This document shows positions 36,287 through 46,049 of a stretch of DNA of 64,000 nucleotides, in pieces. Position 1 is the first letter of the stretch; every line of letters begins with the position of its first letter. Made by a program: the position numbers and the translations under genes. Source of the DNA: Alphaproteobacteria bacterium (GTDB lineage Bacteria > Pseudomonadota > Alphaproteobacteria > JAPOUT01 > G958296285); the NCBI GenBank assembly GCA_965204775.1, contig CBDBFH010000019.1, positions 4,394 through 68,393 on the forward strand, in the 5' to 3' direction. Under the pieces are notes generated by a model. The model had not been told where the DNA came from. It did no database searches and was given only the letters and a program-made list of their open reading frames with translations.

Positions 36287-37306
36287 TCACGACGTTCCGG
36301 GATTGTCGGCCTCGCCTGCCTCGGCGCTTTCAGCGGCGCTTCTGGCCGCGGCGGCGCTGCGCCGGGCGGCGGCGCGGGCCAGCACCTGACAGAGTTTATC
36401 CGCCGCCGCCGCGACGTCGATCTTCTCGACCGCCGCGACCTCGCGGGCCATGCGCTCCAGCGCCGCCTCAAACAATTGCCGCTCGCTGTAGGACTGCTCC
36501 GGCTGCTGATCGGAGCGGTAGAGGTCGCGCACCACCTCGGCCAGCGCCATCAGGTCGCCGGAGTTGATTTTGCTCTCATATTCCTGGGCGCGGCGGCTCC
36601 ACATGGTGCGCCGAATCCGCGCCCGGCCCTGCAAAATTTTCAGCGCGGCGGCGATCTCGGCGGGCTCGGCCAGTTTGCGCAGCTGCACCGACTCGACTTT
36701 GTCGACCGGAACCGAGAGGCGCATCCGCTCCTGGGTGAAGGCGACGACGAAGAATTCGGTCTCAATCTCGGCGATGCGCTCCGAGCGAATCTCGATCACC
36801 TGTCCAACCCCATGCGAGGGATAGACCACGTAGTCATTGGGCTTGAAGGACAAACGCCGCCGGGGCGCGGCGGCCTGGCGGACGGGGCGGCCCCGAAAGC
36901 GCGGGCCGGAGCCAGAGGCCGGGCTTTTGGCGGCGGACTTCGGCTTTGCCGCCGCGCGCGCCGCGGCCACCCGTGGCATGGTCACGCGGGGCGTAGTCAC
37001 GCGGGGCGTGGTCACGCGTGGCACAGCTGCCTGCGCCGCCGCCTTCTTTTTGGCCGGGGTTGGGGCGGGTTTGCGGGCGGGTTTGGCGCTTTTGGTGTTT
37101 TTGGCGGTTTTGGCCTTCTGGCGGCTTTTGGCGCTTTTTGCCGGTTTCGCGCTCTTTGCCGGGGCGGGGCGGGTCCTGGCGGCGGGCTTTGATGATCCGG
37201 CCGGCTTTTTGCGCGGCGCAGATCGCGCCCGGGATGCCGCTTTTGCGGAACGAGGCTTGACCGGCTGCGCCTTTTTCTTGTCCGCCTTTTTGGCTCTGGC
37301 CGCCAT
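36287..37306 (-). CDS. cdnL: CarD/CdnL-family RNA polymerase-binding transcription factor with ~170-aa N-terminal Lys/Ala/Pro-rich histone-H1-like extension
   Basis: The C-terminal 170 aa contain the CarD_CdnL_TRCF domain (YVVYPSHGVGQVIEIRSERIAEIETEFFVVAF). The N-terminal half is KAP-rich (AKKADKKKAQPVKP..AKPAKSAKS..) and includes a PRVTT repeat. Confidence 0.8.
   Translation of the reverse strand: MAARAKKADKKKAQPVKPRSAKAASRARSAPRKKPAGSSKPAARTRPAPAKSAKPAKSAKSRQKAKTAKNTKSAKPARKPAPTPAKKKAAAQAAVPRVTTPRVTTPRVTMPRVAAARAAAKPKSAAKSPASGSGPRFRGRPVRQAAAPRRRLSFKPNDYVVYPSHGVGQVIEIRSERIAEIETEFFVVAFTQERMRLSVPVDKVESVQLRKLAEPAEIAAALKILQGRARIRRTMWSRRAQEYESKINSGDLMALAEVVRDLYRSDQQPEQSYSERQLFEAALERMAREVAAVEKIDVAAAADKLCQVLARAAARRSAAAARSAAESAEAGEADNPGTS
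36971..37030. repeat. 15-bp tandem repeat x ~4 (CGGGGCGTGGTCACG-like) inside the cdnL N-terminal extension
   Basis: Encodes PRVTTPRVTTPRVTMPRV in frame on the minus strand. Confidence 0.8.
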
Positions 37307-37366
37307 TCCCGAGTCCCCGCAAAGGCCTCTATATCACACCGGCGCGGCGGCGGCAACCGGAGCGGG

Positions 37367-37705
<339 letters not shown>

Positions 37706-37709
37706 GGGG

Positions 37710-38168
37710 TCATGAGCCTCGCCTTTCCAGAACCCGGCGGCGCGCCTCGGCGGCGGCGCGGTCGGGAACATAGAGCAGCCCGGCCAGGCGGCGCAATAAA
37801 TTGGCCTCGAAGTCGTCGAGCCGCCCGTCGGCATAGACCACCTCCCACAGGCGCTCGATCAGTTGGAGTTTGCCGTCCTCGCCCATTTGGTCATTGACCG
37901 TACGTGTCCAGCGATAGAGGTCGGCGGCTTCGGCTTCGGCGCGGGTGGCGCGCGCCAGCAGCCGGGCGCGGTCCGGCGCGGCAAGGCCAAAGCCTTCGCC
38001 CAGAAGCCGGTCGAGCGCGCGCTCCTCTGGCGGACTGATCGCGCCGTCCGCCCGCCCGGCATGGACCAGCAGCGCGGCTTGCGCCAGACGCAAAGCCTCG
38101 CCCGGCGGCGGCGCGGGTGGGGCGGCGGCGGCTTGAGGCCGGAGCAATCTTGTCAGAAACTTAAGCAT
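37710..38168 (-). CDS. TerB-like (tellurite-resistance TerB / DjlA-N family) protein
   Basis: About 150 aa, helical, with the acidic motif [20 protein letters not shown]...[23 protein letters not shown] typical of the TerB fold. Start at MLKFL chosen. Confidence 0.55.
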   Translation of the reverse strand: MLKFLTRLLRPQAAAAPPAPPPGEALRLAQAALLVHAGRADGAISPPEERALDRLLGEGFGLAAPDRARLLARATRAEAEAADLYRWTRTVNDQMGEDGKLQLIERLWEVVYADGRLDDFEANLLRRLAGLLYVPDRAAAEARRRVLERRGS

Positions 38169-38449
38169 TTTTAAGAGTTCGGTCCGCCCGGTTAAGACAG
38201 GCGCGAAATCCGGAACAAAGCATGTGCGAATCGCTGACCTGGCGCATTCCCCCTTTTGTTCTCTCCCATATGAAGTGGGAGGAGGGCGCGGCCCCCCAAG
38301 GGAATGATTGCCTGCCGGAACAAAACCGCCCTTTATCTGTGCGCAGATTAAGCCTTTTGTCAACCTTGATCGCGGGGGCGGGGGAGGCCAAAGTGCGGAG
38401 CGTCTCGGGTTTTTCTCCGGGGCCGAACAGGAGCCAGCGCCGCTGCCCC

Positions 38450-39415
38450 ATGCGGATCATCCGGGATGAGAGACGTCTGTCCGCGCCGCTTCGCGGCGGG
38501 GTTTATGCGCTGGGCAATTTTGACGGTCTCCATCGGGGCCATCAGGCGGTGATTGCGCAGGCGGTCGCGCAGGCGGCGGCGCGGGGCGCGGTGAGCGGGA
38601 TGATTACGTTTGATCCGCCGCCGGGCGACTATTTCCGGCCCGGCGACCCCCCTGCCCGCCTGACCGGCTTCCGCCTGAAGGCGCAATTGCTGGCGGGTCT
38701 GGGTCTGGACTTGCTGATTTTGCTCCGCTTCGGCCCGGGGCTGGCCCGGATGAGCGCGCAAGCTTTTGCCGAGCGCATTTTGGCCGGGCGGATCGGGGCG
38801 GGCGGTGTTGTGGTCGGGCCGAATTTTCGCTTCGGCAAGGACCGGGGCGGCGACAGCCGGACTTTGCGCGAGATGGGGGCGCGGGCGGGCTTTGCCGTGC
38901 AGGTCGCCGAGCAGGTCGGCGGGGCGGGCGCGCCGGTCTCTTCGACCCGGGTGCGGGCGCTTTTGGGGGCGGGGCGGCTTGCGCCGGCGGCGGAGCTTTT
39001 GGGCCGTTGGTGGGGGTTTTCGGGCCGGGTCCGCCGGGGCGAAGGGCGCGGGGCGCAATTGGGCTTCGCCACCGCCAACCTGCCGGCGGCCCGGCGCATG
39101 CCTTTGGCCTTCGGGGTCTATGCGGCGCGGGTGTGGATCGGGCGCGGAGCGCATCGCGGCTGGCATCAGGCGGTCTTGAATCTGGGCGCACGCCCGACTT
39201 TCGGGCCGGCGGCGCCATTGATGGAGGTGCATCTGCTGGATTTTTCCGCAGACCTTTATGGGGAGCGGCTGAATGTCTTTCCCCTGTTTTTTTTGCGCGC
39301 CGAGCGGCGTTTTTCCGGTCCGGCGGCCTTGCGGGCGCAGATTGCCGAGGACATCCGGGCGGCGCGGCGCGGGCTGGCGCGGGCGGGGCGGGGCAGTTTT
39401 GCGCCCTTTGCCTGA
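38450..39415 (+). CDS. ribF: bifunctional riboflavin kinase / FMN adenylyltransferase RibF
   Basis: YALGNFDGLHRGHQAVI (FAD synthetase) and a C-terminal riboflavin kinase domain. Start at MRIIRDE. Confidence 0.85.
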   Translation: MRIIRDERRLSAPLRGGVYALGNFDGLHRGHQAVIAQAVAQAAARGAVSGMITFDPPPGDYFRPGDPPARLTGFRLKAQLLAGLGLDLLILLRFGPGLARMSAQAFAERILAGRIGAGGVVVGPNFRFGKDRGGDSRTLREMGARAGFAVQVAEQVGGAGAPVSSTRVRALLGAGRLAPAAELLGRWWGFSGRVRRGEGRGAQLGFATANLPAARRMPLAFGVYAARVWIGRGAHRGWHQAVLNLGARPTFGPAAPLMEVHLLDFSADLYGERLNVFPLFFLRAERRFSGPAALRAQIAEDIRAARRGLARAGRGSFAPFA

Positions 39416-39463
39416 GTTGCGCGGCGGCTTGACAGCCCCCGGCCCTTCCTGTTTCTAGGCCCG

Positions 39464-42349
39464 GTGATGAGCGGCGGCAAGACAGGCAAGCGGGCGGGCG
39501 GCGCGGGGAATCGCTATCGCGACACGCTCTTTTTGCCGCGCACCGCGTTTCCGATGAAGGCCGGGCTTCCCGCCCTGGAGGAGAAGCTGCTGGCGCGCTG
39601 GGAGCGGATGGACCTTTACGGGCAACTGCGCCGGGCGGGGCGGGGCCGGGAGAAGTTCGTTTTGCATGACGGCCCGCCTTACGCCAATGGCGCGATTCAT
39701 GCCGGCACCGCCCTCAACAAGATTTTGAAGGATTTCGTCAACCGCTCGCAGCAGATGATGGGGCGCGATGCGGTCTATGTTCCGGGCTGGGACTGCCACG
39801 GCCTTCCGATTGAGTGGCAGGTCGAGGAGGGTTACCGGGCGCGGGGGCGCAAGAAGCCGGAGATTGCGCGCGCCGAGTTGCGGCGCGCCTGCCGGGCTTT
39901 CGCGTCTCGCTGGATGGAAGTTCAGCGCGCCCAGTTTCAGCGTCTGGGGGTGGCCGGCGACTGGGCGCATCCCTACACGACGATGGATTTTGAGGCGGAG
40001 GGGGGGATTGTCGCGGAGTTTTTGAAATTCGCGATGGACGGCTCGCTCTATCGCGGCCTGAAGCCGGTGATGTGGTCGGTGGTCGAGCAGACGGCGCTGG
40101 CCGAGGCCGAGATTGAATACCGGCCGCGGGTTTCGCCGGCCTTGTGGGTGCGCTTTCCGGTGATCGAAGGTTTGGGGGCGGCGGCGGCGAGCGCGGTGAT
40201 CTGGACGACGACGCCCTGGACGCTGCCGGGCAACCGGGCGGTGGCGTTTTCGCCCGCGCTGAGTTACGGGCTTTACCGGGTTCGCGCGGACGCGCCAGGG
40301 CAGAGTCTGGCGCAGACCGGCGAGGTCGTGATTCTCGCCGATGCGCTGGCCGGGGCGGTCGCGCGGGCGGCGGGGCTGCCGCAAGGTTTTGAGCGCATAA
40401 GCGATGCGCCGGAACTGGCCGGACTGGTCTGCGCCCACCCTTTGCGCGGGGCGGGCTATGAGTTTGACGTTCCGCTTCTGGCGGCGGATTTCGTCACCGC
40501 CGAGACGGGGACAGGGCTGGTCCATATCGCGCCCGGTCACGGGCGGGACGACTTTGAGCTGGGCCGGGCGCATGGCCTGGACCTGCCGGAGACGCTGGAC
40601 GCCGACAGCGCCTATACGGGCGAGGCGCCGGGCTTTGCGGGCTTGCGGGTTCTTGATGCGCGGGGCGGCGAGGGCCCGGCCAATGCGCGGGTTTGCGAAG
40701 CGCTGCGGGCGCGCGGGCGGGTGCTGGCGCAAGGCGCGCTGCGCCACGACTATCCGCATTCCTGGCGCTCGAAAGCGCCGGTGCTCTTCCGCGCGACCGC
40801 GCAATGGTTCATCAGCATGGAGAAGACGGGTCTGCGGCGCAAGGCGCTGGCGGCGATTGATGCGGTGCGCTGGCACCCGGCCTCGGCGGGGGCGCGGATT
40901 CGGGCGATGGTCGAAAACCGCCCCGACTGGGTGGTCTCGCGCCAGCGCGTCTGGGGGGTTCCGCTGACGCTGTTCGTCAAGCCGGAGAGCGGCGAGATTT
41001 TGCGTGACCCGCAGGTCAACGCCCGGATCGTTGCGGCGGTCAAACAGGACGGGGCCGACGCCTGGTTTGAGCGCCCGGCGCGCGCCTTTCTGGGCGAGGC
41101 TTACCGGGAAGACGCGTGGGAGAAGGTCGAGGACATTCTGGATGTCTGGTTCGACTCCGGCTCAAGCCATGCGCTGGTTTTGGAGCCGCGGGCGGATTTG
41201 CGCTGGCCGGCCTCGCTCTATCTGGAGGGCTCGGATCAGCACCGGGGCTGGTTTCAGTCTTCGCTGCTGGAATCTTGCGCGACGCGCGGGCGGGCGCCTT
41301 ACGAGGCGGTTTTGACTCACGGCTTTGTGCTCAATGCGCAGGGGCGCAAGATGTCGAAATCGGAGGGCGCGGCGATTTCGCCGCAAAAGATTTGCGGCGC
41401 GCGCGGGGCCGACATTTTGCGGCTGTGGGCGGCGCTCAGCGACTATGGCCAGGATGTCCGGATCGGCGAGGAGAATCTGGCGGCGGCGGGCGAGGCCTAC
41501 CGCAAATTGCGCAACGGGCTTCGCTTTCTTCTGGGCAATTTGAGTCACTGCGGCGCGGGCGGCGGGGCGGCGGTTGCCGAAAGCCGCATGCCGGAACTGG
41601 AGCGGCTGATGCTTCACTATCTGTTCGAGCGGCGCGCGCGGGTGGAGGCGGCCTATGCCGGCTTCGACTTCAAGAGCGCGCTCCAGGAGATTTTATCCTT
41701 CACGCTTCTGGATCTCTCCTCGTTTTATTTCGACATTCGCAAGGATGCGCTTTACTGCGATCCGGCCTCTTCGCTGCGGCGGCGTTCGGCCTGCCGGGTT
41801 TTGGATCACCTGTTTTGTTTTTTGACGGCCTGGCTTGCGCCCCTGCTGTGCTTTACGGCGGAGGAGGCCTGGAGCGCGCGCGGCGGCGGGGATGAGGCGG
41901 ATTCGGTTCATCTGCGCCTGTTCCCGCAGGCACCGGCGGGCTGGCATGATCCGGGGCTGGGCGAGAAATGGGAGCGGGTGCGGCGGGTGCGGCGGGTGAT
42001 TTCGGGGGCGCTGGAGATTGAGCGCAAGGCGGGGCGGATCGGAGCGAGTCTGGACGCCGCGCCTGAGATTTATATTGCCGATCCCGATCTGCTTGCCGAA
42101 TTGTCGGGTCTGGATCTGGCCGAGATTGCGATCACCAGCCAGGCGTCGCTCAAGCCGGGGCGGGGGCCGGCGGGGGCGTTTCGCCTTTCCGATGTTCCGG
42201 CGGTTGCGGTGGCGCCGCGGCTTGCCCAGGGGCGGCGCTGTGCGCGGTCGTGGAAGATTCTGCCGGAGGTCGGCGCGGATCCGGCCTATCCCGATGTGAG
42301 TCGGCGCGATGCGGCGGCGCTGGCCGAGCGGGCGGCGGCGGATGGCTGA
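39464..42349 (+). CDS. ileS: isoleucine-tRNA ligase
   Basis: HDGPPYANGAIHAGTALNK (HIGH), KMSKSEG (KMSKS), ~960 aa. ribF-ileS-lspA synteny. Confidence 0.95.
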   Translation: MMSGGKTGKRAGGAGNRYRDTLFLPRTAFPMKAGLPALEEKLLARWERMDLYGQLRRAGRGREKFVLHDGPPYANGAIHAGTALNKILKDFVNRSQQMMGRDAVYVPGWDCHGLPIEWQVEEGYRARGRKKPEIARAELRRACRAFASRWMEVQRAQFQRLGVAGDWAHPYTTMDFEAEGGIVAEFLKFAMDGSLYRGLKPVMWSVVEQTALAEAEIEYRPRVSPALWVRFPVIEGLGAAAASAVIWTTTPWTLPGNRAVAFSPALSYGLYRVRADAPGQSLAQTGEVVILADALAGAVARAAGLPQGFERISDAPELAGLVCAHPLRGAGYEFDVPLLAADFVTAETGTGLVHIAPGHGRDDFELGRAHGLDLPETLDADSAYTGEAPGFAGLRVLDARGGEGPANARVCEALRARGRVLAQGALRHDYPHSWRSKAPVLFRATAQWFISMEKTGLRRKALAAIDAVRWHPASAGARIRAMVENRPDWVVSRQRVWGVPLTLFVKPESGEILRDPQVNARIVAAVKQDGADAWFERPARAFLGEAYREDAWEKVEDILDVWFDSGSSHALVLEPRADLRWPASLYLEGSDQHRGWFQSSLLESCATRGRAPYEAVLTHGFVLNAQGRKMSKSEGAAISPQKICGARGADILRLWAALSDYGQDVRIGEENLAAAGEAYRKLRNGLRFLLGNLSHCGAGGGAAVAESRMPELERLMLHYLFERRARVEAAYAGFDFKSALQEILSFTLLDLSSFYFDIRKDALYCDPASSLRRRSACRVLDHLFCFLTAWLAPLLCFTAEEAWSARGGGDEADSVHLRLFPQAPAGWHDPGLGEKWERVRRVRRVISGALEIERKAGRIGASLDAAPEIYIADPDLLAELSGLDLAEIAITSQASLKPGRGPAGAFRLSDVPAVAVAPRLAQGRRCARSWKILPEVGADPAYPDVSRRDAAALAERAAADG

Positions 42350-42827
42350 CGCGGGCGCGGGCCGGCGGCGGCTGTGGGGTCTGGGGGCGGGAGCGGCGGC
42401 GCTAGCGCTGGATCAGGCGTCGAAATGGCTGGCGGTCGGGTTTTTGTCCCGGACGGCGGGCGGGCGGATCGAAGTTCTGCCGGTGCTGGATTTTGTCCTG
42501 ATCTGGAACCGGGGGGCGAGTTTCGGCCTGCTCTCCGAGGCCGGGGCGGGGGCGGCGATTGCGGCGGTCACCTGCGCGGTTCTGGTTTTTTGCGCGATCT
42601 GGCTGTGGCGCACCGACAGTTTGACGAAGGCGCTGGCCTTGGGGCTGATTTTGGGCGGTGGGGCGGGCAATCTGCTCGACCGGATTTTCTATGGAGGGGT
42701 AGCCGACTTCATCAGTCTGAAATTGTTCGGCTTTTACTATCCTTATGTGTTCAATCTGGCCGATCTTCTGCTGGGGGCGGGGGCGGGGCTGTTTTTCTGG
42801 TCGGAATGGCGGCGGCGCACCGGGTGA
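42342..42827 (+). CDS. lspA: lipoprotein signal peptidase II
   Basis: LDQASKW, NRGASFG and GNLLDR..GGVADF motifs of LspA. Overlaps the ileS 3' end. Confidence 0.85.
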   Translation: MADAGAGRRRLWGLGAGAAALALDQASKWLAVGFLSRTAGGRIEVLPVLDFVLIWNRGASFGLLSEAGAGAAIAAVTCAVLVFCAIWLWRTDSLTKALALGLILGGGAGNLLDRIFYGGVADFISLKLFGFYYPYVFNLADLLLGAGAGLFFWSEWRRRTG

Positions 42828-42889
42828 GGCGGCGGCTTCCCCTTGGGGGCGCGCCGGGCTATACCGGGAGGGGGCGGGGCGCGCTTAGA

Positions 42890-43324
42890 ATGAGGCGAAA
42901 GGCGATGGAGCGAAGCGGGCAAAGGCGGTTGAGGCAGGCCGGGGCGGGTCTGGCGGTTGTGATGTTGTGCGGCTGTTCGGGGATTCCGGGTTTTTTTACG
43001 CCGTCTCCGGACGCTTTTTTGATTCGCACCACGCCGCCTTTGACGGCGCCGGCCGAGTTGTTTTTGCGCCCGCCGCGCAGCGCGGCGGCGGGGCCGGAGG
43101 GGGGCGGGCCGACGGCGGCGGACATTCTCTATGAGTCGGGTCAGGGGCCGGAGGGGCGGCGGGCGCTGTCCGCCGGGGAGCAGCAATTGTTGCGCGACTT
43201 GGAGGCCGGGCGGCGGCTGAAGAATATTCGCACGTTGATCGACCGCGAGGCGCGCCGGATCGAGCGTCTGGGCGAAGCTTTGACTCGCGCTTTGCTGGAG
43301 CCTGCGGCGCAATCGGACGGCTAG
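42890..43324 (+). CDS. DUF3035-like lipoprotein
   Basis: The signal peptide has a VMLCGCS lipobox. Product ~144 aa. The upstream part of the 316-aa six-frame ORF is judged to be an artefact. Confidence 0.55.
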   Translation: MRRKAMERSGQRRLRQAGAGLAVVMLCGCSGIPGFFTPSPDAFLIRTTPPLTAPAELFLRPPRSAAAGPEGGGPTAADILYESGQGPEGRRALSAGEQQLLRDLEAGRRLKNIRTLIDREARRIERLGEALTRALLEPAAQSDG

Positions 43325-43353
43325 AGGCCGCGGCGGGAAAAGGCGTCGAATCC

Positions 43354-44721
43354 ATGCTGCGCGTTTCCTGGCGGGGTTTCTTTCCCCGGATCTGTTATGC
43401 GCTGGCGCTGCTGGGCGGGGGCTGTGCGCATGAGGGGGAGCGCGCGTCCTGGCGGGCGGAGCGTTTTGTCCTGGCCAACGGGTTGCAGGTGGTTGTGCTG
43501 CCCGACCCGCTCTCGCCGGTGGTCACGCATATGATCTGGCACAAAGTCGGGGCGGCGGATGAGAGTCCGGGCAAAACCGGTTTGGCGCATTTTCTGGAAC
43601 ATTTGATGTTCAAGGACCGGCGGCAAGCGGCGCAGGGGGGCTTTTCAGGGATCGTGGCGCGGGCGGGCGGGCGTGACAATGCGTTTACCTCGCTGGACTA
43701 TACGGCCTATTACCAGCGGATCGGGCGGGAGAAGCTGGATTTGGTGATGGGCCTGGAGGCGGCGCGGCTGCGGGGTCTGGAACTGAGCGCGGCGGCGGTC
43801 GCCGCCGAGCGGGAGGTGGTTTTGGAGGAGCGCGCCCTGCGGCAGGGGCGCGATCCGGGCTGGGCCTTGCACCAGAAGATGCGCGCGGCGCTGTTTGGGG
43901 CGCACCCTTATGCGCGGGAGATCATCGGGCTTGAGGCGGACATTGCCGCTTTGAGTCTGGCCGATGCGCTGGAGTTTCACCGGCGCTATTACGCGCCGCA
44001 GGCGGCGGTGGTGATTCTGGCCGGGGGGGTGGAGGCGGCGCAGGCGCGGGCGCTGGCCGAGAAACATTATGGGGGGATTGCGCGGCGCGGGGCGGGGCGC
44101 GGGGCGCAGTTGGCGCAGGTTGAACGGCGGCGCGGCGGGACGGCGCGGATCATTCATAAGGCGGATGCGGCGCGGGCGGCGGCGTTTTATCGGACATATG
44201 TGCTGCCCAATGCGGTGCGGGCCGGAGCGGATGAGGCGGCGGCGCTGGAAGTTCTGGCCGAGATTTTGGGGGGCGGCCCGCGCAGCCGCCTCTATCGGGA
44301 TTTGGTCCTGGAGGAGAAGGCGGCGGTGAGCGCCTGGGCGAGTCTGTCGCTGGTTCAGCGCGGGCCGGGGCGTCTGTTCATTTCGGCCTCTCCTCCGGCG
44401 GACAGCGCCGATCTGGCGCCGGTCGAGGCGGGGCTGGAGCGCAGTCTGCGCCGCGTGCTGGAGGAAGGGATTCAGGCCGGGGAGCTGGAGCGGGCCCGGA
44501 CCCGGCTGATGGCCGAGGCGGTCTATGCCCGCGACGACCAGCGCCAGATGGCGAATATTTTTGGCCGGGGGCTGGCCGCCGGCCTGTCTGTCGGGGAGAT
44601 CGTCAGCTGGGAGAAGCGGATTGCCGCGGTTGACCGGGAGATGGTCGAGGCGGCGGCGCGCAAATATCTGCGTCCGGAGCGCGCGGTGAGCGGCTGGCTG
44701 CTGCCGGGGGGCGGGGGATGA
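43354..44721 (+). CDS. M16 family zinc peptidase (pitrilysin-like), probable catalytic subunit
   Basis: Inverted zinc motif HFLEHLMFK with downstream E. Signal-peptide-like N-terminus. Confidence 0.85.
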   Translation: MLRVSWRGFFPRICYALALLGGGCAHEGERASWRAERFVLANGLQVVVLPDPLSPVVTHMIWHKVGAADESPGKTGLAHFLEHLMFKDRRQAAQGGFSGIVARAGGRDNAFTSLDYTAYYQRIGREKLDLVMGLEAARLRGLELSAAAVAAEREVVLEERALRQGRDPGWALHQKMRAALFGAHPYAREIIGLEADIAALSLADALEFHRRYYAPQAAVVILAGGVEAAQARALAEKHYGGIARRGAGRGAQLAQVERRRGGTARIIHKADAARAAAFYRTYVLPNAVRAGADEAAALEVLAEILGGGPRSRLYRDLVLEEKAAVSAWASLSLVQRGPGRLFISASPPADSADLAPVEAGLERSLRRVLEEGIQAGELERARTRLMAEAVYARDDQRQMANIFGRGLAAGLSVGEIVSWEKRIAAVDREMVEAAARKYLRPERAVSGWLLPGGGG

Positions 44722-46049
44722 GAGCCGGGGCGGCGCTGGGGGCTTTGATCTGCGCCGGGCTGTTGACGGCTTCGGCGTCTGCGGCGCGGGCGCAACGGGG
44801 GATTGAGATTCAGCCGGTGGTCAGCCCCGGCGGGATTGAAGCCTGGCTGGTCTCCTCGCACCGCGTTCCGGTGATCAACGTCTCGGTGATCTGGAAGGGG
44901 GGCGCGGCGGGCGACCCGCGCGGCAAGGAGGGCTTGACCAATCTGATGAGCGGCCTGCTGGACGAGGGGGCGGGGGCGCTGTCCGCGCAGGCTTTTCAAG
45001 AGCGCCTGAGCGCGCGGGCGATTCGGCTGCGCTTCGACGCCGGGCGCGACGGCTTTTATGCCCGGCTTCGCACCCTGGCCGTCCACCGCCGGGAAGCATT
45101 CGCCCTGCTGCGCGAGGCGATCACCCGCCCGCGCTTTGACCGGGAGCCGGTGGAGCGGGTGCGGGGGCAGGTTCTGGCTTTGTTGCGCGCGCGGGCGAGC
45201 GACCCCGCCGACCGGGCGCGGCGGGCCTGGTTCGAAGCGGCGCTGCCGCCGGGCCATCCTTATGCCCATGCGGTCGAGGGGACGGCGGACAGCGTGGCGG
45301 CGATCACGGCGCGGGACCTGCATCTTCGGCGCGCCGAGGTTTTGACCCGCAAGGATGTGATTGTCGTGGTGGTCGGGGCGATGGACAAGGCGGAGCTGGC
45401 GGGGGCGCTGGACGAAATTTTTGGCGGGCTGGAGCAGACCCGCGCGGGGCGGCGGGAGGCGCGCCCGGCGGTTGGCGCGCCGCAGGCGCGGCGGCTGCGG
45501 CTGGCGCAGGCCGGCGGGCAGACGACGATCATGTTCGGCCATGACGGACTGCGGCGCGATGATCCCGACTTCACCGCCGCCTATGTGATGAATCACATTT
45601 TGGGCAGCGGGGGTTTCGCCTCGCGCCTGATGAAGGAGGCGCGGGCGAAGCGGGGTCTGGTTTATTCGATTCACACGCGTTTGCTGCCGCTGGAATTGGG
45701 GGGTCTGTTCTGGGGGATGGCGGCGACGCGCGACGCGCGGGCGGGCGAGACGCTGGCTTTGATTCGGGCCGAGCTGGAGCGGATGCGGGCCGAAGGGGTC
45801 AGCGCGCGCGAACTGGCCGACGCCAAGGCTTATCTGACCGGGGCCTATGCGCTGCGCTTTGACGGCGGGGCGCGGATTGCCGCACAGCTGGCGGCGATTT
45901 GGCGCGACGGCCTGGGGATCGATTATGTGGCGCGGCGCAACCGCCTGATTGAAGCGGTTCGTCTGGAAGATGTGCGCCGGGCGGCGCGGCGTTTGCTGCA
46001 CCCGGAGCGTCTAGTGGTGGTGACGGTCGGCGGGGAGGCGGAGCCTTGA
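44718..46049 (+). CDS. M16 family peptidase (second subunit/paralog)
   Basis: M16 fold similarity to the upstream gene. ATGA overlap. N-terminal signal peptide. Confidence 0.8.
   Translation: MRAGAALGALICAGLLTASASAARAQRGIEIQPVVSPGGIEAWLVSSHRVPVINVSVIWKGGAAGDPRGKEGLTNLMSGLLDEGAGALSAQAFQERLSARAIRLRFDAGRDGFYARLRTLAVHRREAFALLREAITRPRFDREPVERVRGQVLALLRARASDPADRARRAWFEAALPPGHPYAHAVEGTADSVAAITARDLHLRRAEVLTRKDVIVVVVGAMDKAELAGALDEIFGGLEQTRAGRREARPAVGAPQARRLRLAQAGGQTTIMFGHDGLRRDDPDFTAAYVMNHILGSGGFASRLMKEARAKRGLVYSIHTRLLPLELGGLFWGMAATRDARAGETLALIRAELERMRAEGVSARELADAKAYLTGAYALRFDGGARIAAQLAAIWRDGLGIDYVARRNRLIEAVRLEDVRRAARRLLHPERLVVVTVGGEAEP

Noticed and set aside
39455-40876. 473-aa minus-strand ORF and other ORFs overlapping ileS
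   Set aside because: ileS has HIGH and KMSKS motifs in the plus frame, so the others are antisense artefacts.
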